Virus record (IMG/VR): IMGVR_UViG_3300033153_015063
Location: 62,001-126,000 of that record
DNA length: 64,000 nucleotides
Reading direction: 5' to 3' (one strand)
The translations under genes and the position numbers were made by a program. Each line of letters starts with the position of its first letter. The stretch's first letter is position 1. This document shows positions 58,046 through 64,000 of the stretch, piece by piece. The notes beneath the pieces were generated by a model. The model was not told where the DNA came from, made no database searches, and saw nothing but the letters and a program-made list of their open reading frames with translations.

Positions 58046-59345
58046 TTTTCAGGACCTTCACGTAGTTGACAATGGTCTCCTTATTTCCGTTGTAGCTGTT
58101 CTGCTTCTTGACCTTGGCAGAGATGGTAACGATTGTTCCTTCCTGGATGTTGTCCCGATTCTCATTGGCGAACCACTTGACGGATCGACCAGTGGGGTTA
58201 TCATCGTCATCGACCTCGTCCATGATATGAAGCGTCCAGGCACCATACCCACTCTGGCCCGACCTGTGTGCCTTGACATGGACCCGCACACTGACCTTAT
58301 CACCTTCTTTTCCGAGGAATCCATTGGCTGTGTTGGTGGGTGTCTTCGAGGCAAGGCTCTGGGCGTTCTCACGGGTGTAGGCGGAAACGATGCTGGCCAC
58401 GATACCGAGAGACCTCCGGGTGAGGGCGATGGATTTTGAAGCCGCATTCATGTTCCTTTCGTAGTCCGACATGGGTTTCAGGGCCCGGCGGGCCCAGTCA
58501 AGGGCATCGGCAGCGAGTTTCTGGTCGGCGTCGGTGGGATTCCACCGTTTCCATTCACTCTTGGTCATGGTCTCGGGGGGGTCGAAAAGGCGGAGTGCGA
58601 TATTGGCCGTTGAGTGGACACCATCCTCCTCTGCCTTCCATTTCGGCATCCAGCCGCCGATACGGATGCAGACAGCGACAGCGGTCAGATAGTCTTTGGT
58701 GTCAATCTCCCAGTAATCGTGGCTATACTCACCCATGTCATCAATGGACCGCATGACCACGTTGATGGTCTTCTGATAGTTGGCGAGGGTCTTGGGGTCG
58801 ATGCCACCGAGATAATCTCGGACGCACTTCGATCCAACCTGCTTGTAGACGCCGGTGTCCTCTTCGAGAACCACGTAGGTGATCTTCCGGGCGGATCTAC
58901 CTGCCTTCTTGGTCCCACAGTGGTCACACATAAACCGACCCCGGAACGTCTCGGGGATGACCTCGCCAGGCACAGAGTAGAACACCTCGGTACCCTTTTT
59001 ATCCTCGGTCTTGAGTTTCTCGATGGACCCGATGAGCTGGAACCCCTCGATATGGGGTGCCTCACCGGTTATTCGAACAATGGCCCACTGGCAGAGTTCT
59101 GCGTAATAATTGCTGGGCTTTCCGTTCACCCTGATGGGACACACCTGGTCCTTGGCCTTTCCCCTGAAGTCCTTTTCCGTCCACTTTTCGATGAGTGTCA
59201 TGGTGGGCTCAGGGAATCCGTACTTCAGGGCCTTCTTTGCCTGCTGCCCGATTTTCTTCTCCAGGGTCTCCAGATTATACTGGGGGATGAGGAAGAGTTC
59301 AGGGTCCTTCCCAACAAGTGTTTCGGCGGTTTCATAATCCATCAT
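58032..59345 (-). CDS. phage-type protein with a zinc motif and a C-terminal OB-fold-like region
   Basis: CDHC...QVGSKCVRDYLG; ISAKVKKQNSYNGNKETIV. Confidence 0.8.
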   Translation of the reverse strand: MMDYETAETLVGKDPELFLIPQYNLETLEKKIGQQAKKALKYGFPEPTMTLIEKWTEKDFRGKAKDQVCPIRVNGKPSNYYAELCQWAIVRITGEAPHIEGFQLIGSIEKLKTEDKKGTEVFYSVPGEVIPETFRGRFMCDHCGTKKAGRSARKITYVVLEEDTGVYKQVGSKCVRDYLGGIDPKTLANYQKTINVVMRSIDDMGEYSHDYWEIDTKDYLTAVAVCIRIGGWMPKWKAEEDGVHSTANIALRLFDPPETMTKSEWKRWNPTDADQKLAADALDWARRALKPMSDYERNMNAASKSIALTRRSLGIVASIVSAYTRENAQSLASKTPTNTANGFLGKEGDKVSVRVHVKAHRSGQSGYGAWTLHIMDEVDDDDNPTGRSVKWFANENRDNIQEGTIVTISAKVKKQNSYNGNKETIVNYVKVLKNGRK

Positions 59346-59415
59346 ACATCACCTAACTCTTACCCGCATCTTGGTCTTTATATAGTTTTGGCTGGGTTAA
59401 CTGTAAAAAGCGTAA
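59340..59415 (-). promoter_or_regulatory. motif + TATA + UTR + RBS unit, copy 3 of 3
   Basis: one mismatch to 34196-34271. Confidence 0.9.
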
Positions 59416-59466
59416 AATGGTTAAGGAACAACAACCTTAAAAACACATCTTTTCTATCTGGGCCAT

Positions 59467-59865
59467 ATGGATCGTAAATCGTGGTTGTGGGGTTTTGCTA
59501 AGGAGATGAAATGCCCTGGTTGTGGTAAGGCATCAACTATGACCCCAGGTGAAGATGGGTGGGAGTGTGATAGTGGCTGTCACTTTACCCCTGAAGGTAA
59601 ACTTGATAAAGTAGCTACGATGATGAAGGGTACCACAAACGTAATCAAATCTTCGTATCACAACCAATTGGAGGTTGATGTACTCGAAGCATTTACCATG
59701 ATGGAGGTAAAAAAAGAACACCTACGAGATATATCCGTAGAACGTTCTGGTCGATACGTAGTGGTGAAAAGCCCGAACCCAGGTATCCTTATCGGTTCTG
59801 GTGGATGCACAGTCAAAGGTGCAGGTGAACATATTGGCTGTCGTATCAAAGTTTTGAAGAGTTAG
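59467..59865 (+). CDS. zinc ribbon plus KH-like domain protein
   Basis: CPGC...CDSGC; PGILIGSGG (GxxG loop). Confidence 0.65.
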   Translation: MDRKSWLWGFAKEMKCPGCGKASTMTPGEDGWECDSGCHFTPEGKLDKVATMMKGTTNVIKSSYHNQLEVDVLEAFTMMEVKKEHLRDISVERSGRYVVVKSPNPGILIGSGGCTVKGAGEHIGCRIKVLKS

Positions 59866-60674
59866 TTGAGGTCACCCTTCAGTCTTCCCATGACATCTGT
59901 CATATATTCTTTTCCTTCCTTGGACCAGAGTGGGTCGGTAGATGGGTGGACTTCGAGTTGGTAACCAAGTATTCCCGACGCCGTCCTGAGAATGTCGTGT
60001 TCTACGGAGTTCTTTCGCACGATGAACATGGATTTTCTCTTCAGTTTATGTTCATGGATGAACCGGGCAAGATTCTTGCCAGAGTGATTTATACTGTCGC
60101 GGTACGCCCTCCAGTCCCATTTCATGTCGTGCTTCTCGTTGAACTGACGTTGCCAACCTGGTGTTGCAATGTGAGGACGTATTGGGAAGTAATCTTCTGG
60201 AATTGGCCCAAGTGTTTTTGAAAGTGCAAAGGTATTGACATCATCTGGTCTGAACCCTACTTTATCCATAGCCTGATAGTAATTTTTGAAGGAAGGAACA
60301 GTATCTTTTGCTCTAACCCATCTTGGTTCAGGCGACTCCGGGATGAACACTACAAAGTCTTCTGCTTTTATAGGATAATCCATAACAATTTTCTGCCATT
60401 CTTTGACATGCCTGCTAGTGGCTAGGTCGGCGACCTCACTGATATTGAAAGCGGTTAACTCCGGTTCGATGTCTGGATTCTGTGATAATGTTTCTGATAA
60501 TAATCTATCCCGGAGTTTTTGTTCTTTCTGGCCAACAACCTGGAACATCTCCAGGAACTCCCCCTCCGAAAGCTCCGGGGCCGTGCCGACCGGCCCCTTG
60601 TACACAGTCTTGCCGTCTTCGTACTCGTACTTATAGCGGTTGCCGCTTCCAGGAGGGATTTCAACTATGGACAT
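59862..60674 (-). CDS. leader-module protein
   Basis: MSIVEIPPGSGNRYKYEYEDGKTVYKGPVG. Confidence 0.85.
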   Translation of the reverse strand: MSIVEIPPGSGNRYKYEYEDGKTVYKGPVGTAPELSEGEFLEMFQVVGQKEQKLRDRLLSETLSQNPDIEPELTAFNISEVADLATSRHVKEWQKIVMDYPIKAEDFVVFIPESPEPRWVRAKDTVPSFKNYYQAMDKVGFRPDDVNTFALSKTLGPIPEDYFPIRPHIATPGWQRQFNEKHDMKWDWRAYRDSINHSGKNLARFIHEHKLKRKSMFIVRKNSVEHDILRTASGILGYQLEVHPSTDPLWSKEGKEYMTDVMGRLKGDLN

Positions 60675-61009
60675 TACAGACACCTAGGATGATTATGGAT
60701 GAGCTGAGGAGTATATAAAATGTTTGATGGGGAGTGAGGAGGTGGGAGGTGGTGGGAGGATGGGTCGATTTGGGAGAGTAGTGTGAAAAATACCTGGGTT
60801 TGTCTACCGACAGTCACCTATCTCGTATCACTACGAGGTTTGTTACGCCCTCCGCATCAGCTTCGGCCCCAACCGGGTGTCTCTTTTGGTATCCTTCACG
60901 ATACGTTTCATCATCAGGTGTCCTTTTAAAGATTGTGTGATAGGTGATAGGTAATAGACACCAATAACCAACAGAACTCTTTATATCCTCCCTCCCCTAT
61001 CACTCTTCA

Positions 61010-61759
61010 ATGACCACTGTAGAAATCCCACCAGGTAGTGGTAATCATTACCGCTATGTCTACGAAGAGGGAGCTACGGTCTACAAGGGGCCGGTCGGCA
61101 ATGCACCTGAGCTGAGTGAGGATGAGTTCATGGCTATTCTGGGGCGTAGTAATCTAAAGGAACATCCCCGCTACGATACCTACAAATGGACACTTAATAC
61201 AACTAAGCAACAAAATCCTGGATACTCCAACGAGTATTATATCTGGCAGACACTTTCAATCCTATCTGGTAGACTTTCTCATCAGGAGATGGTATCTCTC
61301 GATACTGCATTGGTTGAAGATGGTGTATGGAAGCAGAAAGCCTATATCGTCGAAGTAGACGGAAAGGAGATGGATAAGTTTTGGTGGGATAAGGATACTA
61401 CGAAGGTAGTCAGAAAAAGTGTACTGCGTTCTGGTGAAGGTTTCATGGGTGAGATAGTCACTGTAGACCCGAGAGACGAAGGTATCTCAACAGCATATCA
61501 TCCTGACCAGAACCTAACCACAGGTCTTCCACTTTTTCGATGGAAAGAGTTTATCCCTGGTGGTCTTGGGGCCGGTAAACACCCCGCCAACTTCGACCCT
61601 GACCAGATACGGAAGGGCATCAATGTTGAGATGGAGCACGTGGTTGGTTCCACTTCACTTACAGAACAGGAAAAGATTCGAGTAGCGGCCGAGATAGCCA
61701 CTGACCATCTTATGGAAGACCCGAAATACTACGATAAACTGGAAACCCTGGGTTTGTAA
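61010..61759 (+). CDS. leader-module protein with a C-terminal DUF5661-like domain
   Basis: QIRKGINVEMEH...IATDHLMEDPKYYDKL. Confidence 0.8.
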   Translation: MTTVEIPPGSGNHYRYVYEEGATVYKGPVGNAPELSEDEFMAILGRSNLKEHPRYDTYKWTLNTTKQQNPGYSNEYYIWQTLSILSGRLSHQEMVSLDTALVEDGVWKQKAYIVEVDGKEMDKFWWDKDTTKVVRKSVLRSGEGFMGEIVTVDPRDEGISTAYHPDQNLTTGLPLFRWKEFIPGGLGAGKHPANFDPDQIRKGINVEMEHVVGSTSLTEQEKIRVAAEIATDHLMEDPKYYDKLETLGL

Positions 61760-61807
61760 TAGACACCAACAGAACAGTTTATAACCAACCTTTTCTATTC
61801 CCTATCC

Positions 61808-62476
61808 ATGACCACCGTTGAGATTCCTGAGGGCTCAGGCAACCGCTACAGGTACGATTACGACGCCAGTACCAAAGGCACTGTGTATAAGGGGCCTGTA
61901 GGGAATAGTCCTGGGCTTTCGGAGGAGGAGTTTCTGAGGGTTATTCAACAAACCATTGGTGGGCATGAAGCGTCGGCTAGCTCTGTGATGGGAACTCCGG
62001 CGAAGCGTGGTACCTACGTCGAACCAGACGATGATGAGCTCGGATGGGATTTCAATGATGAATGGGATTTTGTCCATGACCTGTCAGATGACAGTGAACG
62101 GCAGACGGGGACCGGCCTTCTCATAGAGAAGAGTGGTGACACTGTTACAATCATCGAGTGGACCGAGGCATCAGGTCTCATCGAGGAGTTCGAGGACCCC
62201 GAAGCCACCGTTATCAAACAAGAGGCGAGGGTGGACTTGAGTGATCTACTCGACCCAGAACAACCACATCTCAGTCCTGCGTCCTACGGCGAGGGTAGAG
62301 ACTATGATGACGCCTTCAACACCTACAAGAGGATACAGAAGGCAAAATACTACGAGCAGACCGATGATGTCTACAGACTCGAAAAAGAGTTGAAAGACAT
62401 CATCGTAGAAGCTGCTATCTCCTGGATGGGTCATTGGGGTGGGGATGAAGAGTTCGTGACCGATGTCGGTGACTGA
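61808..62476 (+). CDS. leader-module protein with acidic cargo
   Basis: MTTVEIPEGSGNRYRYDYDASTKGTVYKGPVG. Confidence 0.85.
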   Translation: MTTVEIPEGSGNRYRYDYDASTKGTVYKGPVGNSPGLSEEEFLRVIQQTIGGHEASASSVMGTPAKRGTYVEPDDDELGWDFNDEWDFVHDLSDDSERQTGTGLLIEKSGDTVTIIEWTEASGLIEEFEDPEATVIKQEARVDLSDLLDPEQPHLSPASYGEGRDYDDAFNTYKRIQKAKYYEQTDDVYRLEKELKDIIVEAAISWMGHWGGDEEFVTDVGD

Positions 62477-62541
62477 CCACCAACATAAACCGCTTGATTT
62501 ACCTTCCGTTTTGTATTTTCAAAAAAAGCAGGAAAGAACCA

Positions 62542-63109
62542 ATGACCATAGTCGAAATCCCCCCAGGTTCAGGGAATAAATACAGGTACGTTTACGAACA
62601 ATCAAGTCAGGACACTGTCTACAAGGGGCCAGTAGGCCAGGCCCCGGAACTGGGACGACGACCATCAACACGCCCCAGATATTTCTATTGATGGAACGAT
62701 CTATGCTGTAGAGGAGAGAATCCCTGAGTCCGTTTGGCTCTCGGCACGTCGGTGGGTGTTCAGTTCCGATCCCAGGGACAAGGAGAGCTTGATAGACGCC
62801 TATAACGGCTTGTCAGACCGCCAGAAAACGGTCATAGCGACGGATGTGAGGGAAACCTTTCGTCGGGTCTATAACGCTGATAAAACCACCATTTTTCGGT
62901 CCTTTCGGGGGCATGAGGTTGATATGGGTGGGTTGTCGGTCACTGATGAAAGATCAACCAGAGTTGGAACTGATGTTAGGGCTTTCGAGGTCTCCCATAG
63001 CGACGTAATGCTTCACTATGCCCAGGATGAGTCACCTCTGGAATCCAGGGCCTTTGGACATGAACGGGAGATTATACTCAGACCTGATGCTAACCCAATA
63101 CCAATCTGA
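62542..63109 (+). pseudogene. frameshifted leader-module gene with ADP-ribosyltransferase-like cargo
   Basis: leader frame stops at 62691; removing one G at 62652-62654 joins it to the open frame ending at 63109; IFRS, LSVT and EREIIL motifs. Confidence 0.65.
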
Positions 63110-63195
63110 TTGTTGGGTTTGGGCGGGCTCTGGCTGCTGGCTGCTGGCTGCCGGCTGCCAATCCCTTTAAATATTCAATCGTCTTTATAGACACG

Positions 63196-63519
63196 ATGGC
63201 ACGAGAAATGTGGAACCTGTTTGCATGGCTCTTTATCACTATAACGCTCGCCTCGGTATCTCAGTGGTGGGCCTATGGTTCTTTTGATGTCGACGTAGCA
63301 TTCAGACTATGGCTCATTGGAATGATCTTCTCTACCATCAGCGTGTTTGCGTCAACAAAGAACCATGTTTTCATAGCTCTTTTGTTCTCTGTCGCCCTTG
63401 GTATTGTCTGGTGGGCCTTTCTCAATGAGCCCACGGAGTTTATGAACGGTCTTTTCGCCTACGCTATTTCGAGTATGTTGCTGGTGGCGACGGTAGATAG
63501 GCTTACTCTTCTCCGATGA
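63196..63519 (+). CDS. 4-TM membrane protein
   Basis: TTTAAATA about 25 nt upstream; hydrophobic. Confidence 0.7.
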   Translation: MAREMWNLFAWLFITITLASVSQWWAYGSFDVDVAFRLWLIGMIFSTISVFASTKNHVFIALLFSVALGIVWWAFLNEPTEFMNGLFAYAISSMLLVATVDRLTLLR

Positions 63520-64000
63520 AACCTCTGACCTGAACGTCAGATGGGACCTGGAAACCTTTGTTGGTGTAGATAGCCTCGTTCTTTTTCTTCGTGATGAAGG
63601 ATCGCATCCTGTTCTGGATGTTTTCCTGTACGAATTTGGATACTTTTTCACCGTCACCGATAACTACATCCTCGTAGTCGTTTCCCCACAACTGGGCGTG
63701 GGTCACGCCAGGCATCGAGTGGAAGAGAGATGAGACGGTCTTTCTGTTGTCTGATGAAAGTTCGAACCAGGGCGTCAGTTGACCAGGGGAGACACCTGTC
63801 ACACCCTTGTCGATGTACCATCGTGGTGTCCCTTCGTTGACCTTGTACTCTGTTGCTTTCAGGTCGCTGTCGGGTCGGTGGCGTCTCAGATCCCTCTCCA
63901 CAGCCCGCCGCACGAACCTCTCACGGTCATCAACCCATCGTTCTATCTCTTCTCTCGAAGCTGCACCAAACACGTTGATTTCCCTGGACCCGATACTGTC
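63503..64000 (-). CDS. hypothetical protein, 5' end outside the window
   Basis: frame open to position 64000. Confidence 0.7.
   Translation of the reverse strand, partial: DSIGSREINVFGAASREEIERWVDDRERFVRRAVERDLRRHRPDSDLKATEYKVNEGTPRWYIDKGVTGVSPGQLTPWFELSSDNRKTVSSLFHSMPGVTHAQLWGNDYEDVVIGDGEKVSKFVQENIQNRMRSFITKKKNEAIYTNKGFQVPSDVQVRGFIGEE

Noticed and set aside
23763-63109. Diversity-generating retroelement or IS/MITE explanation for the leader repeats
   Set aside because: No reverse transcriptase or transposase in the window, differences are not adenine-specific, and no terminal inverted repeats or target duplications are evident.
1-64000. Assignment to a named virus family, Borg or specific host
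   Set aside because: No capsid, terminase, polymerase or marker gene is recognisable in the window; only archaeal expression signals are supported.

Overview
This window looks like part of a large archaeal virus or other extrachromosomal element, not a cellular chromosome. It has archaeal TATA-type promoters, AGGTGA ribosome-binding sites, many leaderless genes, acidic PKD/thrombospondin surface proteins, two serine recombinases, and ArdC-like, MazG-like and Toprim genes. I recognise no housekeeping, capsid, terminase or polymerase gene; a Thermoplasmatota-like host is only a guess. Main observations: (1) 13 dispersed genes start with the same ~45-aa module (consensus MTTVEIPPGSGNRYRYEYE-GKTVYKGPVG-APEL-E-EF) fused to mostly unrelated C-terminal cargo, and 5 more carry divergent versions. 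Most have their own promoter, and the modules are DNA mosaics of each other. (2) Three tRNA-shaped RNAs have non-canonical arms; one displays a 14-nt loop exactly antisense to the RBS and start codon of three genes that share an identical 45-bp promoter/UTR. (3) A 17-bp motif sits 14-15 nt upstream of TATA boxes at eight promoters. (4) A perfect 113-bp inverted repeat brackets 15.4 kb containing both serine recombinases. (5) A 1.6-kb non-coding region holds a tandem TATA-box array and a G-rich strand-biased repeat. All functional calls come from motif recognition by eye and need database confirmation.
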